Positions 18,893-30,368 of a DNA stretch of 57,880 bases are shown one piece after another (within the stretch, counting starts at the first letter, position 1; the number at the start of each line of letters is the position of its first letter). A program made the translations under genes and the position numbers. The notes beneath the pieces are model-generated. The model ran no database searches. It was given only the letters and a program-made list of their open reading frames with translations, and was not told the DNA's origin. The stretch is from positions 1-57,880 of the forward strand of contig CANGYP010000002.1 of NCBI GenBank assembly GCA_947458235.1. Direction: 5' to 3'. Source of the stretch: Alphaproteobacteria bacterium (GTDB taxonomy: Bacteria; Pseudomonadota; Alphaproteobacteria; JAJTHO01; CANGYM01).

Positions 18893-19669
18893 CTACCCAA
18901 ACCGCCCCGTAATATACCCTTGCGTACGTTCGTTTTTGGGGTTGGTGAACAGGACATCGGTGGGGCCGACCTCGATCATTTTGCCCATATGAAAAAAGGC
19001 CGTTGTTTGGGACACGCGGGCTGCCTGTTGCATGGAATGGGTGACGATGATGATGGTATAGTTGGCTTTCAGATCATCGATCAGCTCTTCGATCTTGGCG
19101 GTGGCGATGGGATCCAAAGCCGAGCAGGGCTCGTCCATCAAAATCACCTCTGGACTGATGGCAATGCTGCGGGCGATGCACAGCCGTTGTTGCTGTCCGC
19201 CGGACAGGCTGGTGCCTTCGGTATGCAGGCGGTCTTTGACCTCTTGCCATAAGCCAGCCCGTTTTAGACTTTCCACCACAATCTCCTCCAAATCGGCCTT
19301 GGTTTTGGCCATGCCATGAATGCGGGGGCCATAGGCGACATTGTCAAAAATAGACTTGGGAAACGGATTGGGCTTTTGAAAAACCATCCCCACGCGGGCC
19401 CGCAGCATCACGGTGTCCACACTGGGGGCATAGATGTTCTGACCATCCAACAGGATGGACCCGCGCACCACACAATCCTCGACCACATCATTCATGCGAT
19501 TCAAGCACCGTAAAAAGGTGGACTTGCCACAGCCTGATGGGCCAATCAAAGCCGTAACGTGCCGCGCGGGAATCGTCAAGGAAATATCATACAAGGCCTG
19601 CGTTTGGCCGTAAAACACCGAAACGGCGTGGGCTTCCATTTTTTTGTCCATTTGGGCATCCTGAGGCAT
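18893..19669 (-). CDS. pstB: phosphate ABC transporter ATP-binding protein
   Basis: GPSGCGKST Walker [14 protein letters not shown] signature and [12 protein letters not shown]alker B. The ATG at 19669 lies just after the pstA stop. Confidence 0.9.
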   Translation of the reverse strand: MPQDAQMDKKMEAHAVSVFYGQTQALYDISLTIPARHVTALIGPSGCGKSTFLRCLNRMNDVVEDCVVRGSILLDGQNIYAPSVDTVMLRARVGMVFQKPNPFPKSIFDNVAYGPRIHGMAKTKADLEEIVVESLKRAGLWQEVKDRLHTEGTSLSGGQQQRLCIARSIAISPEVILMDEPCSALDPIATAKIEELIDDLKANYTIIIVTHSMQQAARVSQTTAFFHMGKMIEVGPTDVLFTNPKNERTQGYITGRFG

Positions 19670-19673
19670 GTTG

Positions 19674-20867
19674 TTAGGACCACGTTTTTTGATGTCTATG
19701 CCGCAAAACAATGGCCACGGCGTTCATGATCAACAAAAAAACCAACAAAACCAAAATGGCACCAGCGGTTTTTTCTGCAAAGGCCCGCTCGGGGCTTTCG
19801 GACCAGAGAAAAATCTGCACGGGCAGGGTGGTGGCGGCCTCAGTAATCCCCCCTGGAACATCCACAATAAAAGCCACCATACCAATCAACAATAGCGGGG
19901 CCGTTTCCCCCAAAATGTGCGCCATGGATAAAATGGATCCCGTCATGATCCCAGGGATTGAATACGGCACAACATGGTGGAACACCATCTGCGTTTTGGA
20001 CGCCCCCATGGCCAGCGCCGCCATACGGATGCTGGTGGGTACGGACTTCAGGGCCGCTGTGGTGGCAATCACCAACGTGGGCAAAATAATCAACGCCAGC
20101 ACCGCTCCGCCGACCAGAGGGGTTGAACGCGGCCAGCCCAAAAACTGAATAAACAACGACAGCCCCAACAATCCAAACACAATGGACGGCACTGCCGCCA
20201 GATTGTTGATGTTAATTTCCACCCATGTGCGCCATGCGCTGGGTTTGGCGTACTCGGTTAAGTAAATGGCCGTCATCACCCCAATGGGAAAGGCCATGAC
20301 AAAGGCCGTGGCCAGTGTCAGCAACGACCCCACCAAAGCACTGTAAATCCCCACCAATTCAGGCTCGCGCGAATCCCCCGATGTGAAAAAAGTGATGTTA
20401 AAATGTTGGCGCACCACCCCCAAATCCCGAAGATCATTCAGGATTTTGCGCTGTTCGGGCTTTAAGGGGCTATCTTGATAGCTATGTTTTAACACCATAT
20501 CAGCATCATCGGACAACCTCAGGCGCAGCGGGCCCTGAGGTTGCTTTAGCCATGCCACCAACTGCGAGCCCGCATCAGCACCGAACAGGCGAATCACATC
20601 CTGCTTGGACGTGACGGGGGTTTGCAAAAAGGATGTGATGATGGCCACCACGGCGGCTCGATCGCTGGAGGGCAGGTTGGGCGGAATATCCTGCGCCTGA
20701 ATTTCCACGCTATAGGACACAAAGGCCCCCCAGCCTTGGGCGATGAGGGAACTCAGCAACGTCAACAGCGCCAGCAACGCAAACCCAACGCAGCCCACGG
20801 CCACACGGCGAAACACCCGATCCCGCCAGTGGCGACGACGAAAAGACCTGTTTTTGTGATCAATCAT
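19674..20867 (-). CDS. pstA: phosphate ABC transporter permease PstA
   Basis: Long-form PstA with a periplasmic insertion, multiple TM helices and C-terminal ..[22 protein letters not shown]. Position lies between pstC and pstB. Confidence 0.85.
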   Translation of the reverse strand: MIDHKNRSFRRRHWRDRVFRRVAVGCVGFALLALLTLLSSLIAQGWGAFVSYSVEIQAQDIPPNLPSSDRAAVVAIITSFLQTPVTSKQDVIRLFGADAGSQLVAWLKQPQGPLRLRLSDDADMVLKHSYQDSPLKPEQRKILNDLRDLGVVRQHFNITFFTSGDSREPELVGIYSALVGSLLTLATAFVMAFPIGVMTAIYLTEYAKPSAWRTWVEININNLAAVPSIVFGLLGLSLFIQFLGWPRSTPLVGGAVLALIILPTLVIATTAALKSVPTSIRMAALAMGASKTQMVFHHVVPYSIPGIMTGSILSMAHILGETAPLLLIGMVAFIVDVPGGITEAATTLPVQIFLWSESPERAFAEKTAGAILVLLVFLLIMNAVAIVLRHRHQKTWS

Positions 20868-22074
20868 AACGGGAACGATACGCTTTGATGCGGTTCATGG
20901 CAATGATGTTCATCATCAGGGTGATAAAAAACAACACAAAGCCCAAGGCGTAGGCGGACAGGGTTTTGGGGCTGTCAAATTCCTGATCCCCGATTAACAG
21001 CTTGACAATCTGCACCGTTACGGTGGTGACGGGCTCTAATGGGTTGGCCGTTAAGTTGGCCGCAATGCCCGCCGCCATCACCACAATCATGGTTTCCCCC
21101 ACAGCGCGGGAAAAGGCTAGAATAAACGCACTGATGATCCCAGGCAAGGCCGCTGGCACCACCACGCCAGTGATAACCTCTTGGGATGTGGCCCCCAATC
21201 CCAACGCTCCCTCTTTTAGGCGTTTGGGCACGGCAGAAAGCACATCATCGCACAACGACGACACCAGCGGAATGATCATCACCCCCATGACACTCCCCGC
21301 CACCAAGGCACTTTCTGTCATCACCGTCAGGCCGAAAGAGGCCCCAAAATCCCGCAGCGTGGGGGCAATGACCGCCACGGCAAAAAACCCATACACCACG
21401 GTGGGAATGCCAGAGAGAATCTCCAACATAGGCTTTAGCCAGAACCGCTGGCGATGGGTGGCGTATTGACTCAGGAAAATGGCGGAAAACAAACCTAGCG
21501 GCAGGGCCAAGCTCAGGGCAATCACCGTCATCATCAACGTGCCCGCAAACAACGGAATGGCCCCAAAACTGCCCGAGCTTCCCGTTTGATCGGACCGCAG
21601 GGCCATTTGCGGGCTCCAATGCGTGCCAAACAGAAAATCCCATGGGGACACCAGACGGAAAAACGCCATGGCCTCGAATGTCAAAGATAAAACAATGGCA
21701 GCCGTGGTGAAAATGGCCACCAGCGATGACAGGCGCAAAAGGGTTATCACCATCCCCTCCGCAATGGCGCGGGCGTGACAACGGGGGGTTAGATAACGCC
21801 AGCACAGCCACCAGCCTACCCCCAAAATGGCCACCGACAGCCACGGCCCCAGCAGGGTTTCCCATGACAGCGAAAAACACGCCATAGCCCCAAAGGCCCC
21901 CAGCACAATGCCATTCAGCCACACCACTTGCCCCCATCGGGCGGAAGGGTTCAGGGAAAAAGACCGGCCCTGCATTGCCTGTACATCCGCAGGCTTCATC
22001 ATGCCGCGCAGGGCCCAAAACCGCTGCACCAAACACAAAACAGACATGCCCAGAATCAGAGAGGGTGTGATCAT
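20860..22074 (-). CDS. pstC: phosphate ABC transporter permease PstC
   Basis: Polytopic permease with the EAA-like loop (LKEGALGLGATSQEV). ATG at 22074 (the track start at 22080 is TTG). It overlaps the pstA start. Confidence 0.85.
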   Translation of the reverse strand: MITPSLILGMSVLCLVQRFWALRGMMKPADVQAMQGRSFSLNPSARWGQVVWLNGIVLGAFGAMACFSLSWETLLGPWLSVAILGVGWWLCWRYLTPRCHARAIAEGMVITLLRLSSLVAIFTTAAIVLSLTFEAMAFFRLVSPWDFLFGTHWSPQMALRSDQTGSSGSFGAIPLFAGTLMMTVIALSLALPLGLFSAIFLSQYATHRQRFWLKPMLEILSGIPTVVYGFFAVAVIAPTLRDFGASFGLTVMTESALVAGSVMGVMIIPLVSSLCDDVLSAVPKRLKEGALGLGATSQEVITGVVVPAALPGIISAFILAFSRAVGETMIVVMAAGIAANLTANPLEPVTTVTVQIVKLLIGDQEFDSPKTLSAYALGFVLFFITLMMNIIAMNRIKAYRSRYD

Positions 22075-22110
22075 TAGCAAAACGCACCTCCCACAACGGG
22101 ACTCCTATGG

Positions 22111-23223
22111 CTAAGGCTTGGTCGGCACCGCGCTTCCCGCAGGGGTCGAGGCAGGGGCAGGAGCCGTAAACGTCAGGGCCTGCAGCATTTCAACCTTTTG
22201 GCGCTCCAGATTTTGCTGCACGGGCGGCAGGGGGATCAGGCCCTTCTCCACCATCACACCCAACTCACCCACGGCATCATCGGACACCAGAAACGCAGAA
22301 AAATCTTTTAATCCCGCCACCAAGGGAAAATGGGATTTTTTTACATACACGAACAACGACCGTGACACAGAGTACTTCCCGCTGGAAATGGTGTCCAAGG
22401 TAGGCTGCTGACCGTCGATGGATATGGGCTTTATACGATCGGCGTTTTGCTCTAAGAAACTAAAGCCAAACAGGCCCAGTGCCTCTGGGTTGACCTCCAG
22501 CCGCTGGATGATGAGGTTGTCGTTTTCGCCAGCTTCAACATAGCGTCCGTCTTCGCGCATGGTTTCACAGGCAGCTTTGATGGCCTCTGGAGTCAGGATT
22601 TTGGGCAAAGCAGTTTTTTCGCAGCCCCCCTCCATCACCATTTCCACAAAGGCATCCCGTGTGCCAGATGTTGTGGGGGGGCCATAAACCGTAATAGGCC
22701 GCACGGGCAAATCGGGGCGTACATCGGACCACGTTTGATAGGGGTTATCCACCAACTTGCCATTCAAAACCACCTTGGCGGCCAAAGCCCGCTGAAGATC
22801 CTGCTTGGAAAGGATAAAATCCTGCGCTGTTTTGGATTGACCCAACACGATGCCGTCAAATCCGATTTTTAATTCCATGACTTCGGTGACGCCGTTGCTG
22901 GCACACAAGGCTTTCTCGCTGTCTTTGACGGGGCGCGATGCATTGATGATATCTGGGGAATTCTTATCCACGCCCGCGCAAAACAATTTAAAGCCCGATC
23001 CCGTCCCTGTGGATTCCACGATGGGGGTTTTGAAGACCTTATCCCGCCCAAACTGCTCAGCCGCTGCCGTGATAAAGGGATAGAGGGTGGATGATCCCAC
23101 AGCATGAATGGCGTCAGCTTGGGGTTTTTCAGAGATAGGCTGGGGCTTGGCAGGTGCTGCCAAGGACGATGTCTGAAGAAGAGCCATCACAACCAGCACA
23201 TAAAAACCAAGGCGGTGCATCAT
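22111..23223 (-). CDS. pstS: phosphate-binding protein (PstS family, PBP-like)
   Basis: Signal peptide MMHRLGFYVLVVMALLQTSSLAAP, then GSSTLYPF..TGTGSGFK motifs of phosphate-binding PBPs. It heads the pstCAB genes. Confidence 0.75.
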   Translation of the reverse strand: MMHRLGFYVLVVMALLQTSSLAAPAKPQPISEKPQADAIHAVGSSTLYPFITAAAEQFGRDKVFKTPIVESTGTGSGFKLFCAGVDKNSPDIINASRPVKDSEKALCASNGVTEVMELKIGFDGIVLGQSKTAQDFILSKQDLQRALAAKVVLNGKLVDNPYQTWSDVRPDLPVRPITVYGPPTTSGTRDAFVEMVMEGGCEKTALPKILTPEAIKAACETMREDGRYVEAGENDNLIIQRLEVNPEALGLFGFSFLEQNADRIKPISIDGQQPTLDTISSGKYSVSRSLFVYVKKSHFPLVAGLKDFSAFLVSDDAVGELGVMVEKGLIPLPPVQQNLERQKVEMLQALTFTAPAPASTPAGSAVPTKP

Positions 23224-23264
23224 AACGAGGGCCTTTCGTTGCAGGTGAAGATCACACACCTTGC

Positions 23265-24362
23265 TTATCGCGGAATCGAATGGAAAAAGCAAGGGGGTAA
23301 ATACAAAACCCCACCACAGGTTGGGACGCTGACCCCTGTGGTTTCGGGGAAGGAATAGGGCAGCCCCAAAAAGCTTCGGATACCCAGATAGGCAAAGGCT
23401 TCGGCTTCCATAAAATCACTGTCAAAACCAGCGGTGTCGCCGTCCCGTACGGGGCAGGACAGGGCTTGGGATAGAGCCTCCACAATGGCTTTGTTTTTTC
23501 GCCCCCCCCCTACCAACAGGCATTCTTGGCAGTGGGGCTGGTGCTGCTGAATCCCCCGCGCAATGGCCACAGCCGTCACATAAGCTAAGGTAGCCAAGCG
23601 ATCATTCAGGGACAACCCCTGTAAAATCCCCGCACGTTGGGCAAAATGATTACGATCCAGAGATTTTGGCCCCCGTTTTAAAAAAAAGGGATCCGCCAGC
23701 AACGTTTCGGCCAAATCTCGATGCAGGGTGCCAGATAACGCCAAGGCCCCCCCGTGATCATACCGTGCGCCCACTGTGTTTTGCAAAACATCATCCATCA
23801 ACGCATTCCCTGGGCCTGCATCAAAGGCCACCATACCGTCCTGATCATCCAGCAGGGTGATGTTACTGACGCCGCCGATGTTGACAATGGCCAGCGGCTT
23901 GGGGTGCCCCCGTCCCCGCACACGGTGATAAATGGGCACAAGGGGTGCCCCTTGGCCGCCGTTTTGCATATCTTTTTGGCGAAAATCCGACACCACAGGG
24001 ACGCCAAAATGACGAGCCAAGGCCACAGGATCATCCATTTGCAAGGTCCACCCCAAATCAGGGCGATGATCCAAGGTATGGCCATGACTGGCGATCAAAT
24101 CGGGGCGGATGTGGGATTGTCTCAGGATAGATTCACAGGCCATCTGGGACCAGTGAGAGAAGTCCTCTCGCACCGCATCATTGGATGTATGGTGATGGGC
24201 ACAAAACAACAAGCGTTTGCGGAAATCATCGGGATAAGGCACAAAGGCCGTGGAGAGAGTTTCCACAGCATCCTCTCCATCACTGCGGATCAGGGCGGCA
24301 TCCATCCCATCGGCAGATGTGCCACTCATCAATCCCAAAGACACAAACCATCGTTTTGTCAT
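23265..24362 (-). CDS. anmK: anhydro-N-acetylmuramic acid kinase
   Basis: N-terminal GLMSGTSADGMDAAL, NIGGVSN and GPGNALMD motifs. Start taken at the ATG at 24362. Confidence 0.85.
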   Translation of the reverse strand: MTKRWFVSLGLMSGTSADGMDAALIRSDGEDAVETLSTAFVPYPDDFRKRLLFCAHHHTSNDAVREDFSHWSQMACESILRQSHIRPDLIASHGHTLDHRPDLGWTLQMDDPVALARHFGVPVVSDFRQKDMQNGGQGAPLVPIYHRVRGRGHPKPLAIVNIGGVSNITLLDDQDGMVAFDAGPGNALMDDVLQNTVGARYDHGGALALSGTLHRDLAETLLADPFFLKRGPKSLDRNHFAQRAGILQGLSLNDRLATLAYVTAVAIARGIQQHQPHCQECLLVGGGRKNKAIVEALSQALSCPVRDGDTAGFDSDFMEAEAFAYLGIRSFLGLPYSFPETTGVSVPTCGGVLYLPPCFFHSIPR

Positions 24363-24409
24363 ATCCTGATTTAGGCCCATCCTATGATGTTGCGAGAGGT
24401 GATATGCCG

Positions 24410-25714
24410 TCAACCCTTGCCCAAAACCCGCGCGAAAATCTCATCCACATACTGCATGTGATGGCCGTCGTCGCACAGTGCGAGGAGTTCTTCGGGCGGG
24501 ATATAGGCCGTGATGGCGGGATCAGCCTGTAAACGTTCGCAGAACAGGCCGCCCTGATGCCATGTTTCCATGGCGTTTTTTTGCACCAGAGCGTAGGCCT
24601 CTTCGCGGCTGCATCCCCGCTGGGTCAGGGCCAGCAAAATCCGTTGAGAGGCATGCAGCCCCCCCAAAGCATTCAGATTTTTTTTCATCTGCTCTGGATA
24701 GACTTGCAACATTTCCACCACCCCTGCCGCACGATGCAGGGCAAAATCCAGAGCAATGCAGGCGGCGGGCAGCAGGGTGCGCTCGACCGAGGAATGGGAA
24801 ATGTCTCGCTCGTGCCACAACGCCACGTTTTCCATGGCGGGAATCACCGCCGCGCGAATCACGCGAGCGAGACCCGTCAGGTTTTCCGTTAAAACAGGAT
24901 TGCGCTTGTGCGGCATGGCCGAGGATCCTTTTTGCCCCTTGGCAAAATACTCTTCAACTTCCCGCACTTCACTGCGTTGCAAGTGGCGGATCTCTGTGGC
25001 CAGATGTTCGATACTGCTGGCGATGCCCCCCATAACACCCACCAAAAACGCATGACGATCCCGCGGAATCACTTGCGTTGAGATGGGTTCTGGGGTCAGG
25101 CCCAATTTCTCGGCCACATAGCGTTCCACCGACGGTGGAATGTTGGCAAAAGTCCCCACCGCCCCCGAAATGGCGCAGGTGGCGACATGGGACCGTGCAT
25201 AGAGTAGGCGGGCTTTTTGCCGCTCCATTTGGGCATAAAACGTCAGCAGCTTCACCCCAAAGGTGGTGGGCTCCGCATGGATCCCGTGGCTACGTCCAAT
25301 GCATAGCGTGGTTTTGTGGGCTAGGGCCTGTACCTTCAGCGCGGCCAGCAGGCGGTCCAACCCCTGAACCCACAAATCCACCATCTGGGTCAACTGCACA
25401 GACAGGCAGGTATCCAACACATCCGACGATGTCATGCCCTGATGCACATACCGCGCCTTTTCCCCCGACAATTCAGAAATATGGGTTAGAAAGGCGATGA
25501 CATCATGCTTGGTGGTGGCCTCGATGTCCAAAATGCGGGCAGGATTGATCCGATCACGGGCGGGTTTCATGGCCTCAGCCACACCCTCTGGGATCATGCC
25601 TAGGGCCTCCAACTTTTGCGCGGCGTAGTATTCAATATCAAACCAGATGCGAAAGCGGGTTTCATCAGTAAAAATGGCCGTCGCTTCGGGGCGGCTATAG
25701 CGGGAAATCATCAT
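24410..25714 (-). CDS. purB: adenylosuccinate lyase
   Basis: MISRYSRPE N-terminus and the fumarate-lyase signature GSSAMPHKRNP. Confidence 0.9.
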   Translation of the reverse strand: MMISRYSRPEATAIFTDETRFRIWFDIEYYAAQKLEALGMIPEGVAEAMKPARDRINPARILDIEATTKHDVIAFLTHISELSGEKARYVHQGMTSSDVLDTCLSVQLTQMVDLWVQGLDRLLAALKVQALAHKTTLCIGRSHGIHAEPTTFGVKLLTFYAQMERQKARLLYARSHVATCAISGAVGTFANIPPSVERYVAEKLGLTPEPISTQVIPRDRHAFLVGVMGGIASSIEHLATEIRHLQRSEVREVEEYFAKGQKGSSAMPHKRNPVLTENLTGLARVIRAAVIPAMENVALWHERDISHSSVERTLLPAACIALDFALHRAAGVVEMLQVYPEQMKKNLNALGGLHASQRILLALTQRGCSREEAYALVQKNAMETWHQGGLFCERLQADPAITAYIPPEELLALCDDGHHMQYVDEIFARVLGKG

Positions 25715-26093
25715 AATCTCAAAACCATTCATAAACTCAATACGGTACACGACCCTAAAAAGACTTTACTGGAAAAATCAACGAATTCTTCCACACCACT
25801 TTCCTCCAAAACGCTCCACAAGGGATTGACGAACGCATGGGTAACGTCCGCATCCTTAACGCCACCCCCTTCACCCTGAACGCAACATGAAGTGGCACTC
25901 TGCAATTGGGAGGGGTGTATGCAAAGTCAAAAAATTTTTGGGAATCACGGCACCTTCAGAGACAATCAAGTCTTCCCCTATGATCGCGCGTGCCAAAAAG
26001 GAAAACAAGACAACGGGGAAGCAATCCATAACGCGGCGAACACCAAGGGAAGACCGCGAAGGTTCAGGGTGTGCAGGTTGGCCTTGATGCATT

Positions 26094-26849
26094 TCACGCC
26101 CCCTTCACCCGCCGTTTGACCAAGCGATAGTTCAGGTAAAAGATCAGCGTCATCAGACCGATGTACAGCATCACGCGCAGGCCAGTTTCTTTGCGCTGGA
26201 TCATATAGGGCTCGGCGGCCCATGTCAGGAAAGCAGAAACGTCTGAGGTGTATTGATCCAAAGTTTTGGGGCTGCCATCTTTGTAGTCCACGGCCCCATC
26301 CAGCAAGGGGGCGGCCATGGCGATGCGGTGGCCGGGCATAAAGCGGTTGTAGTATTGCCCATCGGCCAGATCAAAACCCGCAGGGGCTTCGGTGTAGCCC
26401 ATCAGCAGGGCCTTGACATAGTCTGCGCCGCCGTGGCGGGCCTTGGTCATTAAGGAAAGATCGGGGGGATAGGCCCCATTGTTGGCCGCTTCCGCCGCTT
26501 TACGGTTGGGAAAGGGGTCAGGAAAATGATCGGACGGGCGGCCCGGGCGGGTGAACATTTCCCCCATGTCGTTGGGGCCGTCTTTGATTTCATAGCTGGC
26601 GGCAATGGCCTTGATTTCGTCCTCGTTATATCCCAAATCGCCCAAATTCCGAAAGGCAATCAGGGACAGACTATGACAGGTGGCGCAAACCTCGCGGTAC
26701 ACCTGAAAGCCTCTCTGCAACTGGTTTTGATCAAATTTCCCCAGCGGTCCAGAGAAGGTCCATGTATGCTCGGGCAGTTCGATGCGCTCCGCAGCGTGGG
26801 CGGGCAGCATCAGGGTGAAAAGAAACAGCGACAAAAATAAAAGACGCAT
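26094..26849 (-). CDS. petC: cytochrome c1
   Basis: Signal peptide MRLLFLSLFLFTLMLPAHAAE, heme site CATCHS and a C-terminal TM anchor. It follows petB. Confidence 0.85.
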   Translation of the reverse strand: MRLLFLSLFLFTLMLPAHAAERIELPEHTWTFSGPLGKFDQNQLQRGFQVYREVCATCHSLSLIAFRNLGDLGYNEDEIKAIAASYEIKDGPNDMGEMFTRPGRPSDHFPDPFPNRKAAEAANNGAYPPDLSLMTKARHGGADYVKALLMGYTEAPAGFDLADGQYYNRFMPGHRIAMAAPLLDGAVDYKDGSPKTLDQYTSDVSAFLTWAAEPYMIQRKETGLRVMLYIGLMTLIFYLNYRLVKRRVKGA

Positions 26850-26931
26850 AGCGAGGGTCCTTAGGTGGGGAAGAAACCCTCCCCCATAGGGAGGGAGGGG
26901 TGTTGTGCAGGAAAGATTCAGGGCATCCGTT

Positions 26932-28182
26932 CTAAATTGTGGGTTCATCCAAGGTTTTTGGCAGCGTGGCCACAGGTTCATACTTTGACAACAGGGGAAG
27001 CAGCACGAAAAAGTGAATGAAATACCACGCCGTGGCGGCTTGGCCGATCATAATCATAGTGCCCTCAGGCGGCTGAGAGCCCACATAGCCAAGCACTAAG
27101 GCATTGAACAAAAACAGCCAGAACACAATTTTGTACCATGGACGAAACCGCGCGGAACGCACGGGATGACGATCTAACCACGGCAGGAAAAACAACACCA
27201 AAACCGAGGCAAACATGGCCAAAACCCCCGCCAGTTTTGAGTCAATGGTAAAAAGCAACAGGGGAATGTCAAAATCAATGGCCCGCAAAATGGCATAAAA
27301 GGGCAGGAAATACCACTCCGGCACAATGTGCGCCGGTGTTTGCAGGGGGTTGGCCGGAATGTAATTATCGGGGTGGCCCAAATAATCGGGGGCGAAGAAC
27401 ACAAAGGCGGAATAGAACATCAAAAACACGCCCAAACCCACCAAGTCCTTCAGGGTGTAGTAGGGGTGAAACGGGATTTTGTCCTTGGGCGATGTGATAT
27501 CAATCCCCTTGGGGTTGTTGGACCCAAAGCGGTGCAACGCCACCAGATGCAGCACCACCAAGCCCACAATCAAAAATGGCATCAGGTAATGCAGGGCAAA
27601 AAACCGTGTCAGGGTGGGGTTATCCACGGCAAAGCTGCCGCGGGTCAGTTGCACCAGATCCTCGCCCACCACGGGAATGGCGGAAAAGAAATTGGTGATC
27701 ACCTCAGCGCCCCATAAGCTCATTTGGCCCCAAGGCAAAACATAACCCATAAAGGCCGTGGCCATCATAATCAGAAAAATCGCCACACCCAGCGCCCACA
27801 GCAATTCCCGCGGGGGCTTGTACGATCCATAATAAAGACCGCGGAAAATGTGGATATACACCACAATAAAAAACATGGATGCGCCGTTCATGTGCAAATA
27901 GCGGATCAACCATCCGCCGTTCACATCGCGCATGATGCGCTCCACACTGTTAAAGGCCATTTGGGTGTTGGCCGTATAATTCATGGCCAGAAAAATGCCC
28001 GAAATGATCATGATCATCAGCATAATACCGGCCAAGGAGCCAAAATTCCACCAGATGTTCAAATTTTTGGGGGTGGGGTAACGGTTCAGTTCATGATCCA
28101 TGAACGAAAAAATGGGTAAACGGTGGTCGATCCAGCCGATGATACCTTTTTTGGCAGGGGGGATTTTGGATTCAGATTCCAT
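26932..28182 (-). CDS. petB: cytochrome b
   Basis: 416 aa with [19 protein letters not shown] and [13 protein letters not shown] motifs. Confidence 0.95.
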   Translation of the reverse strand: MESESKIPPAKKGIIGWIDHRLPIFSFMDHELNRYPTPKNLNIWWNFGSLAGIMLMIMIISGIFLAMNYTANTQMAFNSVERIMRDVNGGWLIRYLHMNGASMFFIVVYIHIFRGLYYGSYKPPRELLWALGVAIFLIMMATAFMGYVLPWGQMSLWGAEVITNFFSAIPVVGEDLVQLTRGSFAVDNPTLTRFFALHYLMPFLIVGLVVLHLVALHRFGSNNPKGIDITSPKDKIPFHPYYTLKDLVGLGVFLMFYSAFVFFAPDYLGHPDNYIPANPLQTPAHIVPEWYFLPFYAILRAIDFDIPLLLFTIDSKLAGVLAMFASVLVLFFLPWLDRHPVRSARFRPWYKIVFWLFLFNALVLGYVGSQPPEGTMIMIGQAATAWYFIHFFVLLPLLSKYEPVATLPKTLDEPTI

Positions 28183-28187
28183 ATGCG

Positions 28188-28724
28188 TTACGAGGCCTTT
28201 TTGTCTTCAGGTTTTAAACCAATCACAATTTTTGTATCCGAAACAAAACGATAATCTGGAACGGGTAGGTTTGTGGCCGCAGGTCCCTTAACAACGCGCC
28301 CTGAGGCATCAAAGTGAGACCCATGGCAAGGACAGGCCCAGCCATGATCGGATCCTTCCGCGGCCTTGGGGACACAGCCCAAATGGGTGCAGTTACCCAT
28401 AACCACCAGCCATTCTGGCTTTTGAACGCGGGCTTTATCCGTTTGCGGCTCGATGATGGCGGTGGCATCACCAGCGGCGGCGGCGGCGATGTCTTCAGGG
28501 GTGCGGTGACGCACAAAAACAACTTTTCCGCGGTAGATCACGGTGCGCGTGGTGCCTAGGGCAATGGTGGACAGGTCCACCTCGGTGGTGGACAGGGCCA
28601 AAACGTCCTTTGCGGGAAACAAACTTTGGGCAAAGGGCTTGGCCGCCCCCACAACGCCCACGGCCAAAGCGGCCCCCGTGGCAAGGGAGAGGAAATCACG
28701 ACGATTGACAGCAGGCTGGGTCAT
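28188..28724 (-). CDS. petA: ubiquinol-cytochrome c reductase Rieske iron-sulfur subunit
   Basis: Tat-type N-terminus ([13 protein letters not shown]) and Rieske boxes CTHLGC and [11 protein letters not shown] at 28724. Confidence 0.9.
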   Translation of the reverse strand: MTQPAVNRRDFLSLATGAALAVGVVGAAKPFAQSLFPAKDVLALSTTEVDLSTIALGTTRTVIYRGKVVFVRHRTPEDIAAAAAGDATAIIEPQTDKARVQKPEWLVVMGNCTHLGCVPKAAEGSDHGWACPCHGSHFDASGRVVKGPAATNLPVPDYRFVSDTKIVIGLKPEDKKAS

Positions 28725-28805
28725 GGTATGGATGGTAAACTGATGAGAGAACAAAGCCTCTCTATACGATAGTTTTCTCCCCCCAATCAAGGTGAAAAAC
28801 ACACC

Positions 28806-30368
28806 ATGCTTTTGTTCAAACGCGTCTTTACGGTGTCGTTTTTTACCCTGATTAGCCGGATTTTGGGGTTTGTACGGGATATCATGATTGCCCATCACTT
28901 TGGAACGGGGCCAGTTGCGGATGCGTTTTTTGCGGCGTTTAAATTACCCAACGTGTTTCGCCGCATGTTTGCCGAGGGTGCCATGCAATCCGCCTTTATC
29001 CCCCTGTATGCGGGCCTACTGACCAAGGAGGGGGAAGACAACGCCGCGGCGTTTTCCAGACGGGTGTTGTTTTATCTGTCCTTGACGTTGCTGGTGGTGA
29101 CGGTTTTGGTGACGGGGTTTGCGCGGGAGGTGACCTTGATCCTCGCCCCCGGATTTGACCAAAAGCCCGAGGTTTGGTCCATGGCCACAACCTATACCCA
29201 AATCATGATGCCCTATTTGATTTTCATGGCATGGTTGTCGATTTTTACGGGCGTTTTGAACACCCATGGGTATTTTCGTTATGGGGCCATTGCGCCGATT
29301 TTTTTGAATTTGGCCTTTGTTCTGGCCTTGCTTTTGTTTCCCCAACATCCCGATGCCATGATGATGGCATGGGCGGTGACGCTGTCGGGGGTGGTGCAGC
29401 TGGTGTATGCCCTGTGGGGAATGCAGCGGCACGGGCACGGCCTGTGGGGGCGAGGGGCAGGACGGCCCTGCGGGGATTCCCTGCGGCGGTTTTTGCGTCT
29501 GTTCTGGCCTGCGGCTTTGGGGGCGGGCGTGTATCAGATTAACATTCTGGTGGATATGATGTTTGCCTCCACGTTGCCAGATGGGGCCATTTCCTATTTG
29601 TATTATGCGGACCGATTTCATCAACTGCCGCTGGGGATTGTGGCGGTCGCGCTCAGCACGGCCTTGCTGCCCATGTTTTCGTCTTTGTTAAAGGCGGATC
29701 GCTATGATGAGGCCATCACCCTACAACACGAGGGCTTTCGCCTCGGCTTTGCCCTGATGATTCCTGCGGCGGCGGCCTTGGTGGGGCTGGCGGATTTGAT
29801 CATGCGCGGCACCCTGAAACATGGGGAGTTTACCAACGAGGCCGCCTTGGCCTCAGCGCGGGCGCTGCAAATGTACGCCCTTGCCCTGCCCGCCTACGCC
29901 GTGATCAAAATCATGAGTGCGGCCTGCTTTGCCCGTGAAAACACGAAAACACCCGTTTATGTGGCCCTGATGGGGATTGTTCTGAATGTGATCCTGTGTT
30001 TTGCTTTGATTGATACCCTGCATCATGCGGGTATTGCTCTGGCCACGGCCCTGTCTACGTGGGTTCAGGCCTTTGCATTTATGCAGGTGGGCAAGCGGCA
30101 GTATAACCTGCCCGTGTGGGGCTTTGGGTTGCGGTATTTGATGGCCCCGTTGGCGGCATCAGCCCTGATGCTGGGGGTTCTTTATGGGGTGCGTTTGGGA
30201 TTGCCAGCGTTGGCGCTTGCCCATCCCGTCACCATGCTGTTGGTATGCACCGCCGTGGGGGGTGGGGTGTATGCTGTTACCTACAGCGTTTTGTGTCCCG
30301 ATGTGGTGCGTTCCTTAAAAAAACGCCTGCAAGAGCGCAAAGAAAGAAAACGGCTGGCGGCATCATGA
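28806..30368 (+). CDS. murJ: lipid II flippase MurJ
   Basis: 520 aa, about 14 TM helices, with an N-terminus ([43 protein letters not shown]) typical of MurJ/MviN. Confidence 0.9.
   Translation: MLLFKRVFTVSFFTLISRILGFVRDIMIAHHFGTGPVADAFFAAFKLPNVFRRMFAEGAMQSAFIPLYAGLLTKEGEDNAAAFSRRVLFYLSLTLLVVTVLVTGFAREVTLILAPGFDQKPEVWSMATTYTQIMMPYLIFMAWLSIFTGVLNTHGYFRYGAIAPIFLNLAFVLALLLFPQHPDAMMMAWAVTLSGVVQLVYALWGMQRHGHGLWGRGAGRPCGDSLRRFLRLFWPAALGAGVYQINILVDMMFASTLPDGAISYLYYADRFHQLPLGIVAVALSTALLPMFSSLLKADRYDEAITLQHEGFRLGFALMIPAAAALVGLADLIMRGTLKHGEFTNEAALASARALQMYALALPAYAVIKIMSAACFARENTKTPVYVALMGIVLNVILCFALIDTLHHAGIALATALSTWVQAFAFMQVGKRQYNLPVWGFGLRYLMAPLAASALMLGVLYGVRLGLPALALAHPVTMLLVCTAVGGGVYAVTYSVLCPDVVRSLKKRLQERKERKRLAAS

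Noticed and set aside
21245-22096. 283-aa minus-strand ORF in an alternative frame of pstC
   Set aside because: It overlaps the genuine PstC frame, which has TM helices and an EAA loop. Its own translation is Gly/Cys/His-rich and not membrane-like.
23502-23510. C9 homopolymer inside anmK (also T9 at 46507-46515 inside mrdA)
   Set aside because: Both tracts are in-frame within intact, full-length core genes (GGGRKNK and KEKKT), so there is no sign of frame disruption or a second open frame.
25871-26092. 73-aa minus-strand ORF immediately after petC
   Set aside because: It has a single hydrophobic segment but otherwise improbable composition and no recognisable family. It is kept only as a note in the findings.
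29016-29624. 202-aa minus-strand ORF
   Set aside because: It is antisense to murJ and its composition is low-complexity (Pro/Gln/His).
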